Below, piece by piece: positions 35,066 to 45,079 of a stretch of DNA of 64,000 bases. Under the pieces are notes generated by a model. It was not told the origin of the DNA. It did no database searches and worked only from the letters and a program-made list of their open reading frames with translations. The stretch is from IMG/VR virus record IMGVR_UViG_3300025087_000689; one strand, 5' to 3'. A program made the translations under genes and the position numbers. How positions within the stretch are numbered: position 1 is the first letter of the stretch; the number at the start of each line of letters is the position of its first letter. The DNA comes from a virus (Duplodnaviria > Caudoviricetes).

Positions 35066-35413
35066 CTAGATGTATCTCCACTGATGTTTCCTACGCATAT
35101 AGAAGAGATAACCCGCTATTGCCGAACACATGATACTTGAAGTTAGTAACCCCATCATTCCTTCTGCACCTAGAAAGGTTACTATGCCCAAAGTTATTGC
35201 AACATCCAGTATTATTGGCAAGAAACATACTGGAATCATGGGGATTATCATGATTTTCAATGGACCCCATAGCTGACTCCAAGTACGCATCAGATTATGG
35301 ATACTCCAATTGAGTTCAAGTATCATGAATACACCAGTAAGTATTGCTGTAATAGCAAAGAGGATTACTGTTGCAAACATACTGTCCTCCTGGTTAAAAG
35401 GTAGCGGAGACAA
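35066..35413 (-). CDS. membrane protein
   Basis: three hydrophobic segments. Confidence 0.65.
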   Translation of the reverse strand: MSPLPFNQEDSMFATVILFAITAILTGVFMILELNWSIHNLMRTWSQLWGPLKIMIIPMIPVCFLPIILDVAITLGIVTFLGAEGMMGLLTSSIMCSAIAGYLFYMRRKHQWRYI

Positions 35414-35499
35414 GAAGTTCCTTTTCGCCTGCTTTCATTGCGGATTACCGCCAAAGGTTGGACTTCTACCAACACTTGCCTTTGATACGCTACGATGTA

Positions 35500-35730
35500 T
35501 TAAGTCTTTACTGCCGCGAGTTCTTTCTCTGCACGCCGTAACTCCATCTCCTTGTGGAAGTTGTAGCTGTAGCGTTTCTGCTCTTCGGTCGTGTCGATCT
35601 TCTCAGCCAACGTTTCGAGACCTTCAGCTGCTTTGGCACGGCCATCCAACACCAGGACTTTGGCGAAGTTCTTGCACAGGTTGAACGTTGAGTTTTCTTT
35701 CACTGAGTTGAGCGTGTTCTTGAGGTCCAT
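35500..35730 (-). CDS. hypothetical protein
   Basis: SD AAGGAG. Confidence 0.7.
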   Translation of the reverse strand: MDLKNTLNSVKENSTFNLCKNFAKVLVLDGRAKAAEGLETLAEKIDTTEEQKRYSYNFHKEMELRRAEKELAAVKT

Positions 35731-35793
35731 CTGATACTCCTTGTTTTAATGTATTGAGTAGTTAGTATTTCCAACTACCCCGAAAATGAACTT

Positions 35794-36153
35794 TTACTTC
35801 TGCACTTCTTGTTTTGATTTGAGTGTATCAATCAACACCTGATTCAAATTATCCTGTGTTTTCATGATGGCATTCGCCTCTTTCAACGATACAAAAAGAT
35901 CCTCTATAATGGTTGCTTGTTTTACCATGTAGTGAAAGATTGTGCACATCATACTTGATTCACATGTATTGCAACATGTTTCTTTGTTCATAGTCTGCCT
36001 GTGTGCACAGTATGGTGAATTAATCAGGAACTGTTGTTGATACTTTCCCGCGAACTTAACAACTTCAGGATACACAGCTTCTTTTATGATATCCATTGGA
36101 TCCTCATTGTTTAAGGTAATGGTACTGGGGACAGAGGCACGATGGTTTGGCAT
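35794..36153 (-). CDS. hypothetical protein
   Basis: 119-aa ORF. Confidence 0.65.
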   Translation of the reverse strand: MPNHRASVPSTITLNNEDPMDIIKEAVYPEVVKFAGKYQQQFLINSPYCAHRQTMNKETCCNTCESSMMCTIFHYMVKQATIIEDLFVSLKEANAIMKTQDNLNQVLIDTLKSKQEVQK

Positions 36154-36178
36154 ATCCCCAGACTAGCGGAAAGGAACG

Positions 36179-37201
36179 CTAGTAAATTTCTTCTTTGGTA
36201 ACACGGTCAATAACGTTGCCATCCCACGTTGAGCCATAGCCATACTTGGCTATCAAGTGCTCGTACTCCTGAACGTGAATGTCAAGCTCTTCCATGTCTT
36301 CACACTCGGCATCTGCAATCATAGCTGCTTCTTCAGCCTTTTGCAGGAGTGTCATGGGCACGAACTCGATCTGGATCTCATCTTCAATTGGATATACTTC
36401 AAGAGCAATCTTATCCTTGAAGACTTTGGTCAACCACCACGCTAGATCTTTACTAAGTGAATAGGGATCACTTGAGTCTAGAGCCATGAAGATACCAAGT
36501 TTGAGGTGTTCCACACGTATTGCGTGTACCTCCTTGGATTCCTTTGGTATAGCTGGTACATCTAGGCGTGAGAACCACTCATGGTACAGATACACCATGA
36601 TGAGTTTCTTCATCTCATCCTTGATACCTGCGTTCTTATCAAGATCAGAGTTGAATTTCTCTGAGCGATAGAACCAGAGACCACGGGAGAATCCCATTCC
36701 CTTTTGTGGAGGGAGGCCAAGTCTGAATGTATACTGAGGTATGAAGCTGGTATTAAGCAGTTCCATAATCTTAGTATTGTCAGGGAATACGACAGTACGC
36801 TTTCTGTCAAATAGTTGGGAGAGGCATTTGTCCCAATTATTATGTTTGATCGTTGTCTTGTCTTCCTGCATCTGGTTAATGCAGCGTTTAGCTTCGTGAG
36901 GATTATGATAGAGATCTGTTGAATCATCCAACAGGTTATCATGTTTATCGTGAGGAGCAAAAGTGGCACCTGGATAAGTGGTGTCACGCTCAACAGGGGT
37001 GTGATCTTCGAAGTTGGGGCAGAGATTACGTGCGTGAACTACAAGTTCAGCAGTGTCAGCAATGTCACGTTTCTTATCCCGTATTGTAACGAGATCAAAC
37101 AAGACACTGGTTTTGGCACAGTGCAGGCAGAACTTGCAGGTGTTGATGAGAGCCAACGAATGACGGTTGGCGAATTTCCAATCCTGGACGTCGAGTTCCA
37201 T
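36179..37201 (-). CDS. hypothetical protein
   Basis: 340-aa ORF; CKFCLHC motif. Confidence 0.75.
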   Translation of the reverse strand: MELDVQDWKFANRHSLALINTCKFCLHCAKTSVLFDLVTIRDKKRDIADTAELVVHARNLCPNFEDHTPVERDTTYPGATFAPHDKHDNLLDDSTDLYHNPHEAKRCINQMQEDKTTIKHNNWDKCLSQLFDRKRTVVFPDNTKIMELLNTSFIPQYTFRLGLPPQKGMGFSRGLWFYRSEKFNSDLDKNAGIKDEMKKLIMVYLYHEWFSRLDVPAIPKESKEVHAIRVEHLKLGIFMALDSSDPYSLSKDLAWWLTKVFKDKIALEVYPIEDEIQIEFVPMTLLQKAEEAAMIADAECEDMEELDIHVQEYEHLIAKYGYGSTWDGNVIDRVTKEEIY

Positions 37202-37326
37202 AACAGAATCCTTTCATTGTGGCATCAATATCGATTATGATATATATAGCCGGTTTAGACACAAGAAACACTAGAAGAAATCCCTCTAGAGATCTTCTTG
37301 ACTTGAACTATAGAGGGTATCTGTTC

Positions 37327-37536
37327 TTAAATATCTCCCACATCTACGAGCACGAGCAACTGCATATTGCTTATAACAATCCCCCTTTCGTCTTTGGGTA
37401 ACGTTTGGTATTTATCTGTGTGACAGCAATCACCGTAGGGTTCATCGCAAATCTGACACAGATATGTACGGGTTTTAATAGCCTGCATGTGTTGTCTCCT
37501 CCTTTGTTTTACAATTGTTGCATATAACTTCCCCAA
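37327..37536 (-). CDS. hypothetical protein
   Basis: CQIC..CCH. Confidence 0.5.
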   Translation of the reverse strand: MGKLYATIVKQRRRQHMQAIKTRTYLCQICDEPYGDCCHTDKYQTLPKDERGIVISNMQLLVLVDVGDI

Positions 37537-37616
37537 CTGCCTTTTCTTTGCTGCATATGGGGCACATCTTCTCTTTGCGTAGGAAGTACGCGGCTACACG
37601 CTTGAAGTTCTTGAAT

Positions 37617-37943
37617 TTAGGCATAAGTGTAACCTTTCAAAGGCCGTTCCACTTTGAATGTCCTGCCCTGTACTGATATGCCCACATCTGACTTCTCGAA
37701 TGGTACTTCCAGGATCAGTTTGCCTGTCTTGGCTTTGTGATCCATTAAGTAAAAGCCGGAAGGAACTTCATCACCTTCAGCTTGATTCCTGTTGTCCATG
37801 TTGAAGACTTCGCACTTGCACAGGTTTGTGAACTTCTCACGAGTCATCTGCACATCGTAATTACCAAGACGCACAGTGATTGTCTGTTTTTGGACTTTGT
37901 TCATGAGCTTCTGGATGTCTCCAGGCAGTTGATCCTTCTTCAT
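37617..37943 (-). CDS. hypothetical protein
   Basis: SD GAAAGGA. Confidence 0.7.
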   Translation of the reverse strand: MKKDQLPGDIQKLMNKVQKQTITVRLGNYDVQMTREKFTNLCKCEVFNMDNRNQAEGDEVPSGFYLMDHKAKTGKLILEVPFEKSDVGISVQGRTFKVERPLKGYTYA

Positions 37944-37971
37944 TTGTATTCCTTTCTGTTAAGTTGTTAAG

Positions 37972-38178
37972 TTAGCGATGAACGCGATGAACGTGAATCC
38001 ATTCTCTGATCTTTTGTAATTCAGGATCAGATACTGTTCCTCCATTCGGGCCATGTGCAATATCTTCTTGCAGCATTCCGACTACGCCATTTGCTCCGTG
38101 GTCGTGACCTCTCCACCACGCAGGACAAGCACCATCGGTGCAATCAGTCTCGGGAGGAAATGTACAGGTATTAGGCAT
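37972..38178 (-). CDS. hypothetical protein
   Basis: SD AAGGAG; CPAWWRGHDHG. Confidence 0.7.
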   Translation of the reverse strand: MPNTCTFPPETDCTDGACPAWWRGHDHGANGVVGMLQEDIAHGPNGGTVSDPELQKIREWIHVHRVHR

Positions 38179-38267
38179 TTGATACTCCTTATGTTAAATT
38201 TTGTGTAGATGACAAATAGGAAAGGCCCCTCTAGTTTAGTCCTAGAGAGGCTATTAATATAGGAGAC

Positions 38268-38456
38268 TTACTCGAATCTGATCTGTGCACGTTTGTGATG
38301 TTTGTCACAGCACACAGGGATTGTATAGTGTGGTCTGTCATAGTCGGGATGGTGTTCCATCCTTTCTGGTTTGCCACAGATCACACATACTTTACCAAGG
38401 AATTCACCAGCCTTTCTACGCATTCTGGTGATGTAGTGGGAGAATATTACTTTCAT
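38268..38456 (-). CDS. minimal HNH-like Zn protein
   Basis: CVICG...EHHPDYDRP...VCCDKHH. Confidence 0.55.
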   Translation of the reverse strand: MKVIFSHYITRMRRKAGEFLGKVCVICGKPERMEHHPDYDRPHYTIPVCCDKHHKRAQIRFE

Positions 38457-39355
38457 TATTTCACCTCATCAGCGACGAAGATACCCTTTTTGGTGAGGAC
38501 TTTCCCGAATTCACCAATGTCCTTGGTATTGTCGAAGCAATTCGCGAAGATGAACTTCCAGAAGGAATAGTTCAGAGAGCCAGGGAGGCGTTTGCCCTTC
38601 AGATAGCTCTTGATTACCAACTGGTTGCGTGACAGGAAAGGTAATGCAATCCTGTAGTTGCTGTAGTTGAAGTAAGAAGCCCATGCTGCGAGACATGAAC
38701 CACGGGCAAACAAGCGATGCAGATCAGGAGCAATACCCTTCTGTAGTATGGTGTGCAGTTTGTTCACGAAGGCTGCGGTTGCTTTGATCTTTGTTGACGA
38801 GGGTTTGTCAGCCAGGAATTCTTTCTTCCCGCCGTCTTCATTGGTCTGAGCGTTGACCATGATACGTACAGCGTCACGGTAGTCAATTACGCATCCGTGT
38901 TTGTTGGATTTCTCCGCGAGTTTGAACTTGAGAGTTTCCTTGAGAGTATCCAACGCTTCACTGAAGCGTGAATTGGTATACAGCTTCCAGGATGGAGTGG
39001 GATTCACGAAGTTGTTATGAATACCCATCAGTTCCCTGACTTCCTTTGTGTTGATGTAATATATGCATACCAGGAAGAGTTCATCATCTGCGAGGTTGTC
39101 CTTGAAGTGATTGCCATCTATGATGACATCGTCACCACCCTTGACTTCGCCAGCGAATATGATACGCACAGCCTTGGATCCGTTCTCAATGTCTTCCTGT
39201 GCCTCATGTGTGGCAGGGCCTTCGTTGCTACGCTGGTGGATGTTCTTGCCATTGAAACGTGCTTTGAGTTCGCCGATTGTCATGTGGCAAAGATCGAACT
39301 TATAGTCCGAAATCTTGGCTTTGATGTCGGCTGCGATGTTGATGAGATTTTTCAT
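38456..39355 (-). CDS. ParB/DGQHR-like domain protein
   Basis: HQR...IIDGNH motif followed by a helical region; SD AAGGAG. Confidence 0.45.
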   Translation of the reverse strand: MKNLINIAADIKAKISDYKFDLCHMTIGELKARFNGKNIHQRSNEGPATHEAQEDIENGSKAVRIIFAGEVKGGDDVIIDGNHFKDNLADDELFLVCIYYINTKEVRELMGIHNNFVNPTPSWKLYTNSRFSEALDTLKETLKFKLAEKSNKHGCVIDYRDAVRIMVNAQTNEDGGKKEFLADKPSSTKIKATAAFVNKLHTILQKGIAPDLHRLFARGSCLAAWASYFNYSNYRIALPFLSRNQLVIKSYLKGKRLPGSLNYSFWKFIFANCFDNTKDIGEFGKVLTKKGIFVADEVK

Positions 39356-39454
39356 GAGCAGATACTCCTTGTATTAATTCTTTCCTGACACTTTTGTCTA
39401 TGAGTGTGTCAACTCATTAATATCAAAAACGAAAATCCCCTCTAGTTTTTTAGG

Positions 39455-39649
39455 CTAGAGGAGACTATAAATGTTATCCGCCGAAACTGAATCTTGGCAC
39501 TTCTGGCACATACCAGATATGTTGTACTCACGCTTGGAGAGTTCATCTCTGAACAATCCGACAGGTTCATCGCATGTTGGGCACAAGTTGGCTTTGCATG
39601 TAGCCACGATTGCTGGATTGGCTTTGAAGAACGGCCGGTTGAAATCCAT
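39455..39649 (-). CDS. small Cys-rich conserved phage protein
   Basis: CPTC...FRDELSKREYNISGMCQKCQD; SD AGGAGG. Confidence 0.75.
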   Translation of the reverse strand: MDFNRPFFKANPAIVATCKANLCPTCDEPVGLFRDELSKREYNISGMCQKCQDSVSADNIYSLL

Positions 39650-39925
39650 CAGACCTCCTAGTTAAGTTAAATTTAAGAAACACAATAACTAATCCCCTCT
39701 ATTACGAATTTTGCCGTAGGGAGGATTTTAAATTATCCAACTCTTCCCTGAGATGGGACTTAGGAATGATGAGCACACCCCTAAGTGAAACGAAACGATA
39801 CTCATCTTGGCCCCACTCTTCGTAAGTGCCAACTATTGTCTTAAACATGGTAACTCCTTGGTTAAATGTAAAAGAAACACTAAGAAAATACCCTCTAGTT
39901 CATTAAGGGATTGGGGAGGGAGGGA

Positions 39926-40132
39926 TTAAAGATATCTCTTTTCAGTGACATGAACATCTAACTCCTTCAATAGATCTCCAAATACCTTCTTACGTTCCCA
40001 TGCAGGTAGTTGAAGAGCCCTAATCTTATTCTCATTAATCCACTCCTTTCTCTTTTGATTATAAAGTTTCTGGTACTCTTCAACCGATCCAGTAAAGTTA
40101 CGTAACTCGGTGTGTGAATGAAACGCTATCAT
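39926..40132 (-). CDS. hypothetical protein
   Basis: SD GAGGAG. Confidence 0.65.
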   Translation of the reverse strand: MIAFHSHTELRNFTGSVEEYQKLYNQKRKEWINENKIRALQLPAWERKKVFGDLLKELDVHVTEKRYL

Positions 40133-40417
40133 ATGATCTCCTCAATAAAGTTAATGTTTTTAATGAGACCAATATCGATCTCATCAATAGGCACACTACG
40201 ATCAGGTTTCTTGCCCTCAGACAGAGTGATTAGTTTGTTTCTGGCCCATTATTGGGCCAATCTCGAGTGTTCTTCCTGTATGTCGAGTTCATCGTACATC
40301 ATAATAATACCTTTCTACGGTTAACCTATACACCGTAAGGTAGTTGAGTTTTTACTATCGCGATTTTTTAGTATACCTAATATGGTAGTTTAAGGGTATT
40401 CTACCAACCATGAACAG

Positions 40418-41428
40418 TTATTCAGTTTGTTGTTTAGCAGAACGTTCAGCACCAACACCGGTGAAGTGTTCAATCAAGTCTGATATCTGATCTTCAGTAA
40501 CAACACCATCATCGTTGTCAGAACCATAACTCCATTCCTTGATGGTAGTATAATCATTACGACCATCAGGAATGAAATCAGGTGAATCAATCTTTTCCAA
40601 ATACTTGATATATCCGGTTACTGTACCAAACTCAGCATTACGAAGAGTTCTTTCAGATAACCGAATGATATCACGAATGTGTAAGAGTGACTCGTAGCAG
40701 TCTTTGTCCTTAACAGGTCTCTTACATTCAACTATGTGTAAGTTTCCATCGTATCCTGATAAGATCTTCTTGTTAGTATCCATGAGATACCGTTTGAAAT
40801 CATCGACCTTGATCTTATCGATGGCGTCCACTAATCTGACAGTGTCAAACTCCTTTCTGTTGTCAAATGCATTAACAATTTTCTCGATGATCGGTTTAGT
40901 GGTTTCATAATCAAAGAAAGCCAACTGTTTTGCAACATCGTCATCGAATTCCTTCTCACTGATGATAGTCGGTTTCTGTTTAGGTTCCTGTTGACCTTCT
41001 TCTTTTAAGTATGGACAGAACGTACCAGGAGTCCAATTCGTACGATAGTCACTAACGATACGATCCTGTTCGTCTTCTGACCAACCTTTGAGTGTCAACA
41101 TGTTTTCCAGATTCTTTTCTTGGTTTATCTGACACTCTTTCATCTTAGCACCCACATAGAATTCACACCCAATACATGGACTCACGTGTTTCTCCCATGG
41201 GATAGTAGGATTATCTTCTGTCTTGATATAGTACTCATTCCACTTCCCATTCTCATCTTTCTTCCATTTATGGGTGAACCACCATCCGCGATAGAACCAT
41301 GAGCTACGCACTTTCTTATCCTTACCTTCAGTAAGAACTTCGAATGCGTTACGACGCCAATCCTGTAAGAATTGAGCGAAGTCAGCAATACCGAAGAACT
41401 TAGCAACATTGTCCCAGAACTTTTTCAT
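40418..41428 (-). CDS. hypothetical protein
   Basis: SD AAGGAG before MKKFWDN (41428); long open frame. Confidence 0.75.
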   Translation of the reverse strand: MKKFWDNVAKFFGIADFAQFLQDWRRNAFEVLTEGKDKKVRSSWFYRGWWFTHKWKKDENGKWNEYYIKTEDNPTIPWEKHVSPCIGCEFYVGAKMKECQINQEKNLENMLTLKGWSEDEQDRIVSDYRTNWTPGTFCPYLKEEGQQEPKQKPTIISEKEFDDDVAKQLAFFDYETTKPIIEKIVNAFDNRKEFDTVRLVDAIDKIKVDDFKRYLMDTNKKILSGYDGNLHIVECKRPVKDKDCYESLLHIRDIIRLSERTLRNAEFGTVTGYIKYLEKIDSPDFIPDGRNDYTTIKEWSYGSDNDDGVVTEDQISDLIEHFTGVGAERSAKQQTE

Positions 41429-41498
41429 AACATTCTCCTTTAATATACAGTACACCCTACTACATACAGTACACACCATGTGCACCACACTAGTATGG

Positions 41499-41762
41499 TT
41501 ATAGACCTTCCTCACGAATGGTCTGTAGTATCTCATCCACTGTACTATGTGCACAGTATGTAGGTTGATTAACCCACTTGATCATACGCTGCATCCTAAC
41601 ATACACTATACTATCTAACTCTTCTATAGTAGGGTATACCTTAGGTGCGTTAGGTTGTGGTGTATCCTTGTCCTGAAATAAAGGCACATGTGACAATAGG
41701 TTTAGTATTGTGCATAGTATTACTACACACGATACTACTAAGAGCAAGTAGCTCACAGACAT
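41499..41762 (-). CDS. membrane-anchored hypothetical protein
   Basis: SD AAGGAG; N-terminal TM. Confidence 0.6.
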   Translation of the reverse strand: MSVSYLLLVVSCVVILCTILNLLSHVPLFQDKDTPQPNAPKVYPTIEELDSIVYVRMQRMIKWVNQPTYCAHSTVDEILQTIREEGL

Positions 41763-42038
41763 AGTAACTCCTTTACTTTAATTGTTTAGTACCCAATAAC
41801 TAGTGCACATACAACAATGTCAACCATGATTACAAAGAGCACAGTCATGAAGTCTCTTCCTTGCCGATTCGTTCTTGAGCTTGTTGATGTATGCCTTTCC
41901 CTCTAATTCTCTGTATTTCCAGTAATTTCCACTTGACATTGATTCCATTTCTTTCTGTGTGCATGAGGTGTTCATAATAAGTTCCTTTCAAGAACTTAAA
42001 GTATGCCCTTTTGTCAATGAGTGGGCTAACTCATGTAC

Positions 42039-42245
42039 TTACTCAACGTAAAGCATAGTAACAGATTCAAACTCATCATTCCACGGTATTTTAGAAAGTA
42101 GCGTGAGTGTGTGACTTCTTCTGAATGCAGTGTATTCTTCTTCATCCGCAGTAATAACTTCCCAATTAGGCATTCCATCTGTTGTGGATGCCAGTTTGCG
42201 TAATTGGATTATATTGGCACATGAGATTACTTGATAAATAGTCAT
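42039..42245 (-). CDS. hypothetical protein
   Basis: SD AAGGAG. Confidence 0.65.
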   Translation of the reverse strand: MTIYQVISCANIIQLRKLASTTDGMPNWEVITADEEEYTAFRRSHTLTLLSKIPWNDEFESVTMLYVE

Positions 42246-42318
42246 TGTGAACTCCTTCTTAATTGTTTAGATACATGTCCTCTCTAGTTAACGTGCAAGA
42301 GGACTAATCACGATTGGA

Positions 42319-42711
42319 TTAGATCGAATCCCAGAAATCTTCTTCATCTTTTTCAGCTTTCGCTTCCAGATATTTATCAGCAATTTCCAACTCAGCGTCT
42401 TCCATACATGAAACATAGTCGGAACCAGCAGCTTCAGGATGATCTTTCCTTTGTCTAAGATCAAAGAGACGATTTGCCTCTTCCTCCACTTCTTGTTCAA
42501 TTGTCATGTTAGACTCCTGTTTAAAGTTATTAACTTCCTTGCGAATAGTGTCATTGTCTCTTGCATCATTCATCATTGATGCTATGTTCTCAATATCATC
42601 TTCTCTTGTGTCTATAAGAAAGAGTTCTTTTCCACATTCAGGGCATTCATTAAGACCGTAGTGAACTGTGTGGTGCTTGTAACAGTTAACGCAAGCGATA
42701 ATCATGTTCAT
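42319..42711 (-). CDS. acidic Zn-ribbon protein
   Basis: CVNC...CPECG; SD AAGGAG. Confidence 0.7.
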   Translation of the reverse strand: MNMIIACVNCYKHHTVHYGLNECPECGKELFLIDTREDDIENIASMMNDARDNDTIRKEVNNFKQESNMTIEQEVEEEANRLFDLRQRKDHPEAAGSDYVSCMEDAELEIADKYLEAKAEKDEEDFWDSI

Positions 42712-42791
42712 AGTAAACTCCTTGTTAGATACAGTAAGTACTTAGTACATACAGTACACATTATGTGCACTATACTACTAGATACAATGTG

Positions 42792-43133
42792 TTATGCATG
42801 TGCTTTGTGTGTTACTACCATGTGCCTTGTTTCTTTCATGTTATCATCATGAGTGATAACAGTGCTAGTGTGCCATACGCTACTACGTGTACTATGTATG
42901 CCCATACTAGTTAACTTATATGACATATTATCCATGTATGCCATATTCATTCTAGTAGTAGCTACATCTACTATAATCTGTGTGCGATACCCACATGGTA
43001 GCATAGTAGTAGTGATACGTAGCGTAGTAAGATATGACTTACCCCATACTACTATCTCTACTATGGTACATACTAGTACATAGCATGTGAGTAGTATAAT
43101 CAAGTGCCCTAAGAACATGAGTGTTGATAACAT
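42792..43133 (-). CDS. hypothetical membrane-anchored protein
   Basis: SD AAGGAG; compositionally odd DNA. Confidence 0.5.
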   Translation of the reverse strand: MLSTLMFLGHLIILLTCYVLVCTIVEIVVWGKSYLTTLRITTTMLPCGYRTQIIVDVATTRMNMAYMDNMSYKLTSMGIHSTRSSVWHTSTVITHDDNMKETRHMVVTHKAHA

Positions 43134-43473
43134 GTAATCTCCTTTGTTAATAGCCTATTGTTACGCACAATACTACTATCTCTATCATCAATGCTATTGT
43201 GCTAAGCATAATGATATTGAATGTTGTCTTGTTCATTTCTTTTCCTTTCTTTTGTTTAAGTGAATAAGCGTAGACTTTCATAACGAACTCCTTTGTTAAA
43301 AGTTAGAGAGACGTACGGTACCATGAAGCGTCCCGACAACTAGGATATAGAAAACAATAGGTACTCAATCATTTTTGTACTTTCAGAAAAAATATAGAAT
43401 TTTTTTGGAATTTCTAAGACCTATTGGAATTTTAAGATAGAATGAGTTATAATATACAGTTGAGGGTAGAACA

Positions 43474-44349
43474 ATGGCTAAAATATGTGTAGAATGTGGT
43501 AGAGAATTTCCGTGGCAGATAACTATCAATGGCGTTAGACAAGACTTATCTTGTAGAAAGTATTGTCTAAAATGTCATCCTATTGGAGTAAGGTATGGAA
43601 GAGAAAAAGTTACTCATATCTGTAAAAAGTGTGGGAAGAAAATATCTATTCAGTATAAGTATCGTAAAGGAGATAAGTCGTTTATATGTTTAGATTGTAT
43701 ACCACGAAGAACAACTATAAAAAAATATTGTATAACATGTGGAAGAGAAACGTCTTATGGAAGAAAATATTGTTCAAAGAAATGTATTCCATCTAAACTA
43801 ATAATTACTAATAAAAAATTACATCTATATAAAAGACGATTATTATTAAAACAAAAAGCGTTAGAACTTAATGGTAATTTAAGTTGTTCTTGTGGAGAAA
43901 ATAATATCTATCTTCTTGAATTTCATCATGAACAAGAGAAAGAATTTCAGATTAGTGATAAAATATATAATTATTCACCTAATAAAGAATTTCCTAAAGA
44001 TCTTGTAGATGAAATTAAGAAGTGTTCAGTGTTATGTAAAAAGTGTCACATTAAACAACATCCTGAATTAAGAAGTACTAGAGAAGAAAAGAAATTAGAA
44101 CTTTATAAATATTCTGGAAGTAAGTGTAAAGACTGTAATGAAACTGATATTATATTCATGCATTGGCATCATAGAGATACCTCCACGAAAAAATTTGAGA
44201 TTGGTCGTGGAATTAAAGACGGAAGAAGTCTTAAGTCTTTAAAGTTAGAAGTCGATAAGTGTGATATGTTATGTACTAACTGTCATATATTAAGATTTAA
44301 ACAAAAATACGAAAAGGAAATAGGATATGACAAACATAGAACTAACTAA
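43474..44349 (+). CDS. tandem-HNH homing endonuclease-like protein
   Basis: two HNH modules (LEFHH...VLCKKCH and HWHHRD...MLCTNCH) plus N-terminal Zn fingers. Confidence 0.75.
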   Translation: MAKICVECGREFPWQITINGVRQDLSCRKYCLKCHPIGVRYGREKVTHICKKCGKKISIQYKYRKGDKSFICLDCIPRRTTIKKYCITCGRETSYGRKYCSKKCIPSKLIITNKKLHLYKRRLLLKQKALELNGNLSCSCGENNIYLLEFHHEQEKEFQISDKIYNYSPNKEFPKDLVDEIKKCSVLCKKCHIKQHPELRSTREEKKLELYKYSGSKCKDCNETDIIFMHWHHRDTSTKKFEIGRGIKDGRSLKSLKLEVDKCDMLCTNCHILRFKQKYEKEIGYDKHRTN

Positions 44350-44680
44350 AATTACTAATACTGGTTATACTAATATGATTGATAACAAGTTACACTTAAT
44401 AAAGATACGTATAACTGAAGGTTATTATAATGAGGTTCAAGTTATAGACTTGGTTGTAGGATCTATAATAGACATAATCGCTTAGAGCTTGAGATTAATG
44501 CTTAAAAAGAGTATAATACTTGATGAACGAAGGATTTTATGGAAGATATATCTAAAATTATAAATTGTACATGTTTAGAGAAGAATCCTGAACTTGAGTT
44601 TGAAGACCTTCAAGATGCTGATCTTTGTGACCCCGAATGCCCTATACATGGTGGTAACGTTAAACTAATACGGGAGTAAT

Positions 44681-45079
44681 ATGAGTATCTTTAAAACTAA
44701 AGACAAAATTGAACTCTACTGCGAGTACAACTATGAAACAACAGCATCGATCTTACGAGAGAAAGAGACAAACGGTTGTGGTCCCGGTGGTTGGAAGTTT
44801 GATCTTGTTCCCGATTCAATCTGGGGTTGTCCTATTACTGATGCTTGTAATATACATGATTGGATGTATCATTTCGGAAAAGTATTAGAAGATAAGGATC
44901 GAGCTGATAGAATATTTCGTAATAATATGATAAGATTAATAAATGCTAGAACGACTAATTGGTTTGCTAAAAAACTTCTATTAGGTAGAAGACTTAGGAT
45001 GGCTGAAATATACTATGAAGTAGTAAGTCATTTTGGAGGTCCTGCTTTCTGGAATGGAAAAGAGGGTCAACCAAAATAA
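44681..45079 (+). CDS. phospholipase-A2-like conserved phage protein
   Basis: NGCGPGGW...CNIHDWMY...ADRIF. Confidence 0.6.
   Translation: MSIFKTKDKIELYCEYNYETTASILREKETNGCGPGGWKFDLVPDSIWGCPITDACNIHDWMYHFGKVLEDKDRADRIFRNNMIRLINARTTNWFAKKLLLGRRLRMAEIYYEVVSHFGGPAFWNGKEGQPK

Noticed and set aside
65-43133. Most plus-strand ORFs in the left arm (e.g. 1903-2220, 17609-18348, 34614-35069, 39017-39388)
   Set aside because: Antisense shadows of well-supported minus-strand genes; only the HNH at 5293-5703 has motif support
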